Assembly (NCBI GenBank): GCA_963702425.1
Contig: CAVPCQ010000012.1
Coordinates: 32,001-96,000 of the forward strand
Reading direction: 5' to 3'
Length of the DNA: 64,000 nt
From: an uncultured Acidobacteriota bacterium
GTDB taxonomy: Bacteria > Acidobacteriota > Polarisedimenticolia > J045
Below, piece by piece: positions 1 through 10,700 of the stretch. A program made the position numbers and the translations under genes. How positions within the stretch are numbered: position 1 is the stretch's first letter; the number at the start of each line of letters is the position of its first letter. The notes beneath the pieces are model-generated. The model did not search any database, was not told the DNA's origin, and was given only the letters and a program-made list of their open reading frames with translations.

Positions 1-1415
1 TTCCACTCCGCCACCGGTGTCGACTTGAGGAACTCGACGACGTGCACCGACACGAGGCGCTCGAGCGATTCGAAACCGGGTAGCGACTGGAGCGATCCGT
101 GCCCGATCAGCAGGTACATCGTTACGGCGATGAAGACCAACGCGGCGACTCGTCGGTACTCAATGCGCTGTCGGAAGAACTTCTGCGAGCGATGGGTCCC
201 GAATACCAGCAGGAGCGCAGCCGAGATGCAGCCCGCCAGCGCCACGCCATCCATACCCCACATCCCGACGAACAGCAGGCTGAGCAGCGTCTTGCCACAT
301 GCGGAGAAGCCTCGTTGCAGTGCGAGAATCTTCGTCGCCTTGGCGTACATCAGCCCGAAGTTCATGTAGGAATAGCAAGCCCCCAGGATCACCGTGACGA
401 CCTGGATACGGGCGATACGCGCCGACCACCAGAATTCGCTCGGCGTGAACACTCGCAACACGGAATCTACACACACTGCGACCACCAAACCGGCGAAGAG
501 CAGGAAGAAGATGTAGGTTGTGAACATCCGACCGCTCTGGGCTTTCGCCCCATCCGGATCAGCCTCCGCCAGTTCGAACTGCTTGGTCACCCAGGAACGC
601 ATGAAGGGCTCAGCGACGAGAAGAGTGATCAAGGTCGGGAACTTCATTCCCATCTGCATCTTGCCGACCCCGCCCAGGCTGATCGAGAAGCGAACGATGA
701 GGCTCTCGATTTGCCCCGCCACCCACGCCACGACTGCCCCCGGAATCAGGGGCCACTGGTAGCGGAGGAGCTCGCGCGCAACGTCCCTCCGGAAGGCGAA
801 CCCGCACTCGCGAGCACAAAGCCAACCGAAAGTCAGAGCCGCACAGATCGCGACGACGAAGTTCGTGAGGAAGTACCCGAGCAGGCCGAGTTTCAAGACG
901 AGCAGCAGCCAGACGTTGAGCCCGATGCTGACCAGTAGCTGCATCAGACCGATCAGGGAATAGGCTACGGACCGGCGCTGGATGAGGAGAATGGATGCGG
1001 CCGTGTTCGCGGTGAGGTCAAACACGAAGGTGCCGAAGCCGAGGCAGATCAGAGGGTAAGACGCCGCGTCCCCGAGGAGGAGTTGGCTCATTGGCTTGCT
1101 GAAGATCATGGCCAGCGTGGCGATCGCCACCGCCGGCACGGCGACGAGGACGATTCCGGTAGGCACGACCGAATTCCGGCGGTCACCGGTCTCGGCATGG
1201 TAGTACCTCATCATCGCGCCACCCACCCCGTTCGCGAGCAGGCTCAGCACGAGTGACAGGCTGGTGTCCACCATCGCGATCTGACCGTAACCCGAATCGC
1301 GAAACAGATGGGCGTAGACTGGGAGCATCAGGAATCCGACGGCCTTGCTGGCGACAACGGCGGAGCCGTACACGCCGGCGTGCTTCAGCGTCGCCCGGGT
1401 GAGTCCGCTCGCCAT
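1..1415 (-). CDS. wzx: Wzx-like oligosaccharide/polysaccharide flippase (MOP superfamily), 3' end beyond left window edge
   Basis: Not in the ORF track (no stop inside the window). Manual translation from ATG at 1415: MASGLTRATLKHAGVYGSAVVASKAVGFLMLPVYAHLFRDSGYGQIAMVDTSLSLVLSLLANGVGGAMMRYY... then many hydrophobic segments and 'ARELLRYQWPLIP', typical of Wzx/RfbX proteins. Starts 2 nt after the PPTase stop. Confidence 0.85.
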   Translation of the reverse strand, partial: MASGLTRATLKHAGVYGSAVVASKAVGFLMLPVYAHLFRDSGYGQIAMVDTSLSLVLSLLANGVGGAMMRYYHAETGDRRNSVVPTGIVLVAVPAVAIATLAMIFSKPMSQLLLGDAASYPLICLGFGTFVFDLTANTAASILLIQRRSVAYSLIGLMQLLVSIGLNVWLLLVLKLGLLGYFLTNFVVAICAALTFGWLCARECGFAFRRDVARELLRYQWPLIPGAVVAWVAGQIESLIVRFSISLGGVGKMQMGMKFPTLITLLVAEPFMRSWVTKQFELAEADPDGAKAQSGRMFTTYIFFLLFAGLVVAVCVDSVLRVFTPSEFWWSARIARIQVVTVILGACYSYMNFGLMYAKATKILALQRGFSACGKTLLSLLFVGMWGMDGVALAGCISAALLLVFGTHRSQKFFRQRIEYRRVAALVFIAVTMYLLIGHGSLQSLPGFESLERLVSVHVVEFLKSTPVAEW

Positions 1416-1417
1416 GG

Positions 1418-2191
1418 TTACGGAATCGCCTGTTGCCCGTCGAAACGAGAGACTGTCGCGATGTTACCCTCGACGACTACGGCCCCGGCATACCCCGGCG
1501 CCGGGTTCAGGGCGAGCATGGACCAGCCGAGCGCTTCCGATGCGTCCCCGTCCACTCGCAGGATCCGCGCCGGCTCGTACGGCCCCACGCTGACCTCGAA
1601 CTGCTCGAGGGGGAAGGACAGACCTTCACCACGAGCCTTGATGAAAGCCTCCTTGCGCGCCCAGCACCGGAAGAAGGCCTCGATCCATTCGTGGCCGTCG
1701 AATCGGTCCAGCTCGGCAATCTCACCGCGGGCGAAGAACCGGCGGGCAACGCCGTCATCGGCCTGCTGGGCCTCGACGAGCTCGACATCGACTCCGACCT
1801 CGCGGTCCTGCGTGATGGCGATCAGGACCAGGCCCGCCGAGTGCGAGAGGTTGAACCTCAGATCGATCGGCAGCGGGCCGGCGAGTTCCGGCTTGCCGTA
1901 GGACGCCAGCCGATACTGGAGCGCCGCCGCCGGCAGGCCGAGATAGCGTGCCAGCACTTCCCGCAGCACACCCCGTCGCGAAATGAACCTCCGGCGGTCG
2001 GTCTCGAACCGGAAACGTCGCGCCCGCGCACGCTCGTTCTCTGCGAGAGTCCCTTCGAGACGACCCTGGTCGCTCCCGAACCGATCGACGTCGACCCGCC
2101 AGACGTGAAGTTCATCAGGCCGCAATGCGAGTGACGCCGGCGGACCGCACCAGGCATCGATGGTCGTCGGGAATCGAAGGGGCGCCGGCAT
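1418..2191 (-). CDS. Sfp-type 4'-phosphopantetheinyl transferase
   Basis: Motifs 'YGKPEL', 'LRFNLSHS', 'EVGVDVE', 'FFRCWARKEAFIKARGEGL'. Confidence 0.95.
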   Translation of the reverse strand: MPAPLRFPTTIDAWCGPPASLALRPDELHVWRVDVDRFGSDQGRLEGTLAENERARARRFRFETDRRRFISRRGVLREVLARYLGLPAAALQYRLASYGKPELAGPLPIDLRFNLSHSAGLVLIAITQDREVGVDVELVEAQQADDGVARRFFARGEIAELDRFDGHEWIEAFFRCWARKEAFIKARGEGLSFPLEQFEVSVGPYEPARILRVDGDASEALGWSMLALNPAPGYAGAVVVEGNIATVSRFDGQQAIP

Positions 2192-2195
2192 GGCG

Positions 2196-2957
2196 CTATG
2201 CCTGGCCGGCTAGGTGGCGCTGAAGATCGCGCGACAGCATCTGGAAGAACAACGCCCGGCAGGATTGGTGGTAGAAATGCCCACCCTGGAACATCCGAAC
2301 GACTACGTCCGCTCTGGTGTGTCGGGCCCACGCCTCCAGATCGGTGCGAGCGACATCCGGATCGCGAAGGCCGCCGTAGGCAGCGATCGGACAGTCGAGC
2401 GGATCGTCCTCGACATGCTCATACGTCTCGCACACCGAGAAATCGGCCCGCAAGGCGGGCAGCAGGAGCTCCATCAGCTCTGCCGACTCTAGGGCCTCCG
2501 GTGGCGTTCCGTCGTAGCGCCGCAGCTCCTCCACGAAGCGTTCGGGACCCAGGTCTCGGATCGGAGCCACTGGATAGGGCAGGTGTGGACCGCGGTGCCC
2601 GGAGACCACCAGCTGAACGGGCTGTGTGCCCGGGTCCCGTCGCAGCAGCCGAGCGAGCTCGAAGGCCAGGAGCGCGCCCATGCTGTGTCCGAACAGGGCA
2701 AAGGGCACGTCGAGGTAGTGGCGAAGGCCGTCCCGCATCGCCTCGGCCAGCCTTCGCGCGTCTCGAAGCGGCGGCTCCTCGATGCGCGCCTCACGGCCCG
2801 GCAGACACACCGCAAGGACCTCCACGCTCTTCGGAAGCTCGCGGCTCCAGTCGCGATACGCCACCGTGCCCCCGCCGGCGTACGGCAGGCAGAACAGCCT
2901 CAGACGAATCCCCGTGCCCGGCCGATGGCGCGCAATCCACGGGTTCTCAGGCTTCAT
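2196..2957 (-). CDS. Type II (editing) thioesterase, GrsT/RifR family
   Basis: 'RLFCLPYAGGG', 'FALFGHSMGALLAFELAR', 'GGHFY'. Start moved from the track's 3191 to ATG 2957 (MKPENPW), which has an AGGAG RBS upstream. Confidence 0.93.
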   Translation of the reverse strand: MKPENPWIARHRPGTGIRLRLFCLPYAGGGTVAYRDWSRELPKSVEVLAVCLPGREARIEEPPLRDARRLAEAMRDGLRHYLDVPFALFGHSMGALLAFELARLLRRDPGTQPVQLVVSGHRGPHLPYPVAPIRDLGPERFVEELRRYDGTPPEALESAELMELLLPALRADFSVCETYEHVEDDPLDCPIAAYGGLRDPDVARTDLEAWARHTRADVVVRMFQGGHFYHQSCRALFFQMLSRDLQRHLAGQA

Positions 2958-3876
2958 GGGGACTCCTGCTGGACAGCGCGGGATCGAGCTGTCCCGGAAG
3001 CGCGACGCTCTGCCGCCTCCACGTTCCGAACCAGTCCGCAATCGCGTCCAAAAGCTCCTTCTGGTTCCCGAGCAGTGTGAAGGTGTGGTCCGTACGGTGC
3101 ACGATCTCATTGCGGTAGCCCGGTGCCGAACGAAGACGCGCCATGCAACTTTCCGCGAACACGTCGAAATAGTCCAGGGAGTGGTCCCCATGCGAGTGCA
3201 CGAACAGGAAGCGGACCTGCCGGTCCAGGAGGGCGTGAAGTTCCCGCGACAACTGGTCCGATATCTTCATCACCTGCTGAGGAGGCGCAACACGGTCTTT
3301 GAACTGGTCAACGAGAACTTTGACCAGCCGTTTGTACTGAATATTCCCCTTCAGCGCTCGCATCCATGCGCCGCGGTCCAGCAGTGACTTCCTCCAGTAC
3401 TGCCTCGCCCAGCTTCGGTTCTTCACATAGCGGTTCCACTCGGAATTCCGGTCCAGCCCCTGGCTGTTCAGCATCACAATTCCGACAACCCGCTCGTCGG
3501 CACATGCCGTCTTGAACGATGTGACCGCGCCCGAACACAGCCCGACCAGGATGAAGCGCGTCATCCCGAAGCGTCTTTCGAGATCGTTCATGACTTCCCG
3601 TGCTTCCACAACGGTGCTCTCCGACCACGTCAGGCGGTCTCGACGTATGCCGCTGTCGCCGATTCCGCTATGATCGAACCTGGCCACCACGAACCCGCAT
3701 GAGGCCAGTCGTCGCGCGATCCTGACCGACATCCGACTCGGGCCGACACGGTGGACGACCCCTGCGTTGAACAGAATCACTGCTGGCAAAGCCTCCTCTT
3801 GGTCAGGGCCCGGCTGTTTCGCAATGATCCCAACCAGAGACGGGGCGGTGCCGAACGTCGTTGCGATCTCAAGCAC
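2947..3876 (-). CDS. Alpha/beta-hydrolase-fold protein with Cys nucleophile elbow (GLCSG); resembles exosortase-A-associated 'hydrolase 1' family
   Basis: 'AVILFNAGVVHRVGPSR', 'RFDHSGIGDS', 'LVGLCSGA', C-terminal 'TDHTF'. Probable GTG start at 3876 overlaps the upstream TGA. Confidence 0.8.
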   Translation of the reverse strand: MLEIATTFGTAPSLVGIIAKQPGPDQEEALPAVILFNAGVVHRVGPSRMSVRIARRLASCGFVVARFDHSGIGDSGIRRDRLTWSESTVVEAREVMNDLERRFGMTRFILVGLCSGAVTSFKTACADERVVGIVMLNSQGLDRNSEWNRYVKNRSWARQYWRKSLLDRGAWMRALKGNIQYKRLVKVLVDQFKDRVAPPQQVMKISDQLSRELHALLDRQVRFLFVHSHGDHSLDYFDVFAESCMARLRSAPGYRNEIVHRTDHTFTLLGNQKELLDAIADWFGTWRRQSVALPGQLDPALSSRSPHEA

Positions 3877-4720
3877 GATGCACCTCGGAAACCCACTGCG
3901 CGATCCGCTGAATGCTCTGAGTCGGTAGCACCATCTCGTACGGCTCGGCAAACCACATCATCGGTTCATGGATCGGTGCCTCGTCCACCTTGGCGCCGAG
4001 CTGGTCCAGGCGCAAGCGAAGATCTCGAAACTCGCCACTATCGCCGTTGTCCACGAGCAGGATGCTCCGTGCTGGCGATCGGCCGATCTGATCCAGGTCG
4101 AACTGCTCGAGCTGGCGCACGGCCTTGTCGGAGAACAGGAAGCCGAGCACCTCGAGCCCACTCTCACGCCCTGCCAGGCGACGGGACTCCTGCTCCCGCC
4201 ATCCGTGCTTGCGCTCGTGCGACGTCTGCTGGGCGCGGATCTCGTCCAAGTAGCGTCGTCCGTCGACCACGGGCTGCCAGAGAGCCAGGGAATCGAGCGA
4301 CCCCGTCCTTTCGCCGACCTTCACCGCCAGGCTCGCCCCCAGGCGCAGCCCGACGACGCCGACCCGGCGGCAGCGGTTTCCCATGTACTCGATGGCCGCG
4401 TTGAGGTCCTCGGTCCAGCGATCGAGATCACCTTCGTCCTCCTCCCCGAGAGAGTCACCGCTGCCGAAGAAGTCGAATCGGAGCACTGGAAAGCCGGCCA
4501 GGTTGAGCTGCCGGGCCAACTGCCGGCATCCTCTGTGACTTCGGCCGTATTCGTGCCCTGGCGGGTACGCGATGACGATACCGTCCTCGCGCGTGTTGCT
4601 GCCGAAGGGCGATTCATGCAGACCAAAAAGACGATCGTTCGGACCAAAGAAGAAGGGAGTCAGGGCCTCGCGCCTCGAGGCTCCGGCACTCTCGTTCCCT
4701 CCGGGCACCTGGGTTGTCAA
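3869..4720 (-). CDS. Alpha/beta-hydrolase-fold protein lacking a Ser nucleophile (GLRLG); resembles exosortase-A-associated 'hydrolase 2' family
   Basis: 'PFFFGPNDRLFGLH', 'PPGHEYGRSHR', 'GFPVLRFDFFGSGDS', 'VVGLRLGASLA', 'LWQPVVDGRRYL'. Probable TTG start at 4720 with AGGAGG RBS just after the NRPS-PKS stop. Confidence 0.8.
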   Translation of the reverse strand: MTTQVPGGNESAGASRREALTPFFFGPNDRLFGLHESPFGSNTREDGIVIAYPPGHEYGRSHRGCRQLARQLNLAGFPVLRFDFFGSGDSLGEEDEGDLDRWTEDLNAAIEYMGNRCRRVGVVGLRLGASLAVKVGERTGSLDSLALWQPVVDGRRYLDEIRAQQTSHERKHGWREQESRRLAGRESGLEVLGFLFSDKAVRQLEQFDLDQIGRSPARSILLVDNGDSGEFRDLRLRLDQLGAKVDEAPIHEPMMWFAEPYEMVLPTQSIQRIAQWVSEVHRA

Positions 4721-4733
4721 CGTGACCTCCTGC

Positions 4734-7700
4734 TCAATTCCGCGGGCGGCCACGGCGGTCGCGGGGCGCGACCAACCGCCCCAGCGCGGACAGCACGCTC
4801 CGCCCGGTCCGGCCTGCCGGCGCCGGTTCCACTTCCGCGACCTTCGCATCGCAGGTGGACGCGATCTGCCCAAGCGTCTGATGGAACAGCGCACGCAGAT
4901 TCACCTTCATTCCCGCCCTGGTCTCGAGGGCCTCCATCACTTTCACCATCACCAGTGAGTTTCCACCGAGTTCCAGGAAGCTGTCGTTGACGCCCACGCG
5001 GTCGATCCCGAGCACCTCGGACCAGATCTCCGCGAGGATAATCTCAGTCGGCGTCTCCGGTGGAACGTAGTCCGTCGGAAGATCGGGGCGCGGGTGACGG
5101 TGCCGCCCAGCCGGAGCCTCGACCATCTCGCTCTCTTCGAGGTCGGGCGACTCGACCGCCGTAGGGAGTCGGTACCGCTGCGGGCGAGCGGACTGAAGGA
5201 GGAGCGAGAGGTCCGTCTCGGAGACCAGGACATTCGGCTCTTCCGCCCCGGCGAGGATCCGACGGAACACTTCGCCACCCTCCCTGTTGGAAATGCCCTG
5301 CGCTTCCGGAAGGGGGACCCCTGCGGCCTCCACAGCCATGCCGACCTCGCGCCAGCGATTCCAGTTCACGGAAACGCAGAAGCGACCGGTGCTCGCCGCG
5401 TGGCTGCGTGCAAAAGCATCGAGGTAGGCGTTCGCCGCGGAGTAGTCCGCCACGCCGGGTACGCCCTTGACCGCGTTGAGGGACGAGCAGAGCACGAAGA
5501 AGTCCAGCTGTTCCTGGCTCAGCAGGCTTTCCAGCACGCGAGTTCCCAGCAGCTTCGGCCCGAAACTGAGCCACGGTCTGTCGGGCGACTGGATCGCCAG
5601 TAGGCCGCCGGCCGTGACACCCGCCGCATGGACCACCCCGTGAATGGAGCCGAAACGGGACCTTGCCTCCCGCAGCACGTTCCGCATTTGAACCGGATCG
5701 GAAACGTCGGCGGCTACCGCCATGACCTGCGCGCCGTTCGCCTCCAGGGTCTGCACGGTCCGAATCCGGCGGCTCACGGGATCCGTCTTGTCGCCGTTGA
5801 GGTGTTGCTCCCACTCCGACCTGTCCGGCAACGGTGTTCGGCCTACGAGGACGAGATTCGCGTGGCACCACTCGGCCAAGCAGTTCGCCAGGACGTACCC
5901 GACGCCGGTCAGACCACCGCTGATGAGATACGTCCCGCGCTCCCGCAGGCGGGGCGTCAAGTCGCCATCCGGTTTGCTCAGGTGTACCGGGGAGAAGGAC
6001 TCCAGCCAACGTCGTCCGCTGCGGTAGGCGACGACAGGGTCGGAGTCGGCGTCGGCCGCGGCGCCGTCGATCTCGCGAATCAGCGCGTCCACTGCCTCCG
6101 GTACCTGCAGCCGCAGGTCCTCTGCCGAGAAGTCAACGTTCCGGCAGGACACCTTGGCGAACTCGTGGCCGATCACTCGAACCGGGCCGAGGATCGTCGC
6201 CTTCTCGGCGCAGATGGACTCTGCGCCCGTCACGTCGTGCACGCCCTCCGTGACCGCGAAGATGCGCAGGCCGCTCGAGGCTTCCGCGTCCGCCAACGCC
6301 CGTACCAGGAAGAACAGGCTGAAGTAGCCAAGATACTGCAACTCCTCGGCGAGTGCGTCATCGTTGCGTATCGCGTCTGAAGCGGGCGTGGTGCCCCACA
6401 GATGAACGGCGAGTCCGGGGAAGCCACCGTCTCGTGCCAGGTCGCCGACGAGGCGATGGTAGTCGTCCTGCGACCGCGGATCGAGAGTGATCCTGTCGCC
6501 CGTTCGCTCGTATCGCGGGCCGGTCGTTACCTCGAACACCCGCCGGCCGTCGGCCTGGAGCCGCTCGAGGCACCGCCGAGCGAAGTCCGAGCCGTCGGCA
6601 AAGACCACGCAGCGGGTTTCGGCGGGACGATCCGACGCAGTCAGGGGCCGCTCTCCGGACAGGCTCGTCCGCCGCCAGGTCCTCGCGTAGTACCAATCGG
6701 CGATGTTCCTTCTCAGGCCCGGGGAACCCTCGCCACGTTCGACCGACTTGTCGAGCCGGTCGATCCAGAAGCGCTGCCGCTGGAACGGGTACGTGGGCAG
6801 GGTCACGCGGCGGCGAGACTCGGCCCGGTAGAAGCCGCACCAGTCAACGCTGACTCCCACCGTCCAGAGACGTGCCAGGGCGCCCATGAGCACCGCCGCA
6901 TCCGAGACCTCCGCCTTCGGATGACGCATCGACGAGATCAGGACCTTGTTCGGATCGCACGCGTCGTGCATGCGCGCTAGTGAGGTCATGATCTGGCCGG
7001 GGCCGACCTCGAGGAGGACCTGGTCCGGCATGCGCAGGATCCGTTCCATCCCCTCGGCGAATCGAACCGGTTCGCGAAGGTGGAGACCCCAGTACTCGGG
7101 GCTCCGGGCCTCCGACTCGGTGATCCAGTCGCCCGTCAGGTTGGACACGAACGGGATTCTCAACGAGCCGAGTTTAGCCTTCCCGACGGCCTCGACGAGC
7201 GGCCCTACGCCGCTCTCCATCAGCCCCGAGTGATACGCGTGGGTGGCGGCCACGCGGCTGCACTCCACACCGTCCCGCGTCAGCCGCTCCTCGAACGCCT
7301 CGATCCGCTTCGGGTCGCCGGAAACGAGGCACAGCGACGGGGCATTGACCGCGGACAGCCAGATCCCCTCCTCCCGTTGCAGCAGTGCGCGAACACGGTC
7401 TTCCGGCAAGGGGATCGATAGCATGGCGCCGTCGGGAGACTTCTCCATCAGACGACCGCGAAGCGCAACGACCCTCAGGGCGTCCTGGTAGCTCAGCACA
7501 CCGGAGACGCACGCGGCCACGTATTCCCCCAGGCTGTGGCCGATGCAGGCAGCGGGCTCGATGCCCCACGACTGCCAGAGTCTCGCCATCGCGTAGTCGA
7601 CGAGGAACACCGCCGGCTGGAAGATCGTGGGGCGGTCCAGCAGGACCGCCGCATCGGCGGGGTCGGCCTCCGCCGGATAGAGGCAACTCCGCAGGTCGAA

Positions 7701-10700
7701 GTCGATTTCGTCCCGAAGGTAATGGAGCCCCTCGTCGACCGTCTCGCGGAAGACCGTTTCGGTCTCGTACAACTCACGGCCCATGTCCATGTGCTGGTGG
7801 CCGTGGCCTGGGAACATGAACACGACGGACGGTGCACGCTCCGGTGCGTGCCTGGTCCAGACTCGATCCGCTGCACCGCCGCGCAGCGCCTGAACGGCAT
7901 CGGCGCCGTCCCGGCAGAGCACTGCCCGCCGGTGCCGGAACTCCCTGCGCCCGACTTGCAGTGTGTACGCCGCGTCGGCCAGGTTCACGTCGCTGTTCCG
8001 TTCGAGATGATCGGAAAGCCGCACTCCGGCCTCGTCGAGGGCCTCGCGACTCTTGGCCGACAGCATCAGCAGCTGGCACGGCCGGGACGGCCCCGATGCG
8101 TCCAACGCCGGCGCCTCTTCCAGGATCGCGTGGGCGTTGGTACCGCCCAGGCCGAAGGCACTGACGCCCGCCCGGCGTGGCACGCCGGCCGGCGTCGTCC
8201 AGTCCCGAAGTTCCGAAACCACATAAAACGGGCTGTCGTCGAAGTCGATGTTCGGATTCGGGCTTTCGAAGTGCAGGCTCGGCGGGAGCTGGCCGTGTTC
8301 CATCGCAAGGACCGTCTTGATCAGCCCGGCCACGCCGGCGGCCTCGTTGAGGTGCCCCATGTTGGACTTCAGCGAGCCCAGGCCGCAGAACGCACGCTTC
8401 GCGGTCCGCTCGCGGAAGACCTTCGTCAGTGCGGCAACCTCGATCGGATCGCCGAGCGCAGTCGCCGTCCCGTGCGCCTCGACATACGAGATGCTCTCCG
8501 GATCGACCCCGGCGGACGCCTGGGCCAACGCGATCGCCGCGGCCTGGCCTTCTACACTGGGGGCGGTGAAGCCGACCTTGCTCGAGCCGTCGTTGTTGAC
8601 GGCGGTCCCGCGAATGACGGCATGGACCTGGTCGCCGTCCGCCAGCGCGTCCTCCAGCCGTTTGAGCGCGATCACCGCAGAACCGCTGCCGCTCACGGTG
8701 CCGTCCGCGCGAGCGTCGAACGTCCGGTTGTGTCCGTCGGCGGCTCGAATCCCGCCGGACTCGTACATGTAACCGTTTACGACGGGTATCTGGATGCACA
8801 CGCCACCGGCCAGCGCGATATCGCACTGATGATCCAGCAGCGAGCGGCACGCTTCGTGAACTGCTACGAGGCCGGTGGAACACGCGGTCTGAACCGTCAT
8901 GCTCGGCCCGCGCAGGTTGAGATCGTACGACACGCGCGTCGCGATGAAGTCCTTGTCGACGGACAGCGTCCACTGCATGCCGCCGACCGACGACAGTAGA
9001 CCGGGCTGTGACTGCAGGTTCATTGCGTACGAGCTGGTAGTCATCCCGGCATAGACCGCAATCATGCCCGCGTACCGTTCCGGGTCATAGCCGGCCCGCT
9101 CGAGGACCTCCCACGCGCATTCCAGGAACACCCGTTGCTGGGGATCCAGCAGCTCGGCTTCGCGCGGAGAATAGCCGAAGAACCGGGCATCGAAAAACTC
9201 GACATCGTCCAGGATGGCTCGCGCCTTGACGAATTTCGGATGCGCCAGGAGATGCTCCGGTATTCCAGCCGTCCTCAACTCCTCGTCCGTGAAAAACCGA
9301 ACCGACTCCACTCCGTCCCTGAGGTTGTCCCAGAACGTCTCGACGTCCCGGGCGCCGGGGAATCGGCCTGCCATCGCGATGACCGCAATCGCGTTGCCAC
9401 GATCCGCTCCGCGGCGGGCGAGCCGGGTCTCGGCGCTCGCGTGGAGTCCGGGAACCGGGTCCTCGTCCCCGCTCAGGTGGCTGGCCAGCCCCTCCACCGT
9501 GGGGTACTGGAACAGATCGGTGACCGGAACGTCTCTCCCGAGCTCGTCGATCAGGCGCCGGTGGACCTGCAGCAGACGCAGCGAATGCCCCCCCAGGTCG
9601 AAGAAGTTGTCCCGGACCCCGACCGTCTCGACCCCGAGCACGCCGCGCCAGATCGCCGCAATCCTCTCCTCGATCTCGCTCCGCGGGGCGACATAGGCTT
9701 CCTCTGACACTCGGTCCGTCGCGGGTGCGGGAAGCGCGCGGCGGTCGACCTTCCCATTCGGCGTAAGCGGCAGCGCGTCGAGAAACACGAACACCGACGG
9801 AACCATGTACTCAGGCATGGTTTCGCACAGGGCGGCTCGCAGATCGGCCCGGGAAGGCTCCCGCCCGGTGCTGCTGACAACGTAGGCCGCCAGGTACTTG
9901 TCTCCCTGCCCATCGTCCAGGCACATCACCACCGCGTCGCGCACTTCGGGGCGCTGGACGAGTGCGGCTTCGACTTCTCCCAGCTCGATTCGGAACCCCC
10001 GCAGCTTGACCTGGTTGTCACTCCGACCAATGAACTCGATGTCGCCGCTCGCGAGCCGGCGGACGAGATCCCCGGTCCGGTAAAGGCGCACCGGTCGCGG
10101 GCCCCCGGTGTCCACATCCACGAACCGCTGTGCCGTGAGTTCGGGCCGGCTCAGGTACCCGCGTGCAAGCCCGTCGCCACCGACAAATAGCTCGCCAAGC
10201 ACTCCTGGCGGACACGGTTCGAACGCCTGGTCCAGAATGAAACAGGTCGAGTTCGCGATGGGGAGACCGATCGGTACCGTGACCGCGTCTTCTGGAACTT
10301 CGCGAACCGGATACCACGTCGAGAACGTCGTATTCTCGGTCGGCCCGTAGACGTGGAGCAGGTTCTCCGGAGGACCGTCTTCGAGCACCGCGCGCACGCG
10401 AGCGGGATCGACCGCCTCGCCACCGAAGAGCAGGTACCGCAACGCGCGGCAACTTCCCGGCGCCTCCACCGTCAGCTGGTTGAACAAGGCGGTCGTCAGG
10501 AACAGCACCGTGATACCCCGTTCCCGCAGCTCTGCGGAAAACCGGCGTGGCGATAGAACGATGTCCGGACCCAGCCCGATCAGCTGCGCCCCGTTCAGCA
10601 GCGCACCCCAGATCTCGAAGGTGGCCGCGTCGAATGACGCGTTGGATGCCTGCGCGATCCGGTCGGACGGTCCCAGCTGTATGTAGTCGGTGTTCCGGAC

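Noticed and set aside
99-938. Plus-strand 279-aa ORF at the left edge
   Set aside because: Antisense to the Wzx-like flippase, which is the real gene.
2196-2957. Stand-alone thioesterase as the product-releasing enzyme
   Set aside because: The sequence is a typical type II editing TE. Release by a TEII has precedent and cannot be excluded, but it does not explain the hydrolase pair or the wzx coupling.
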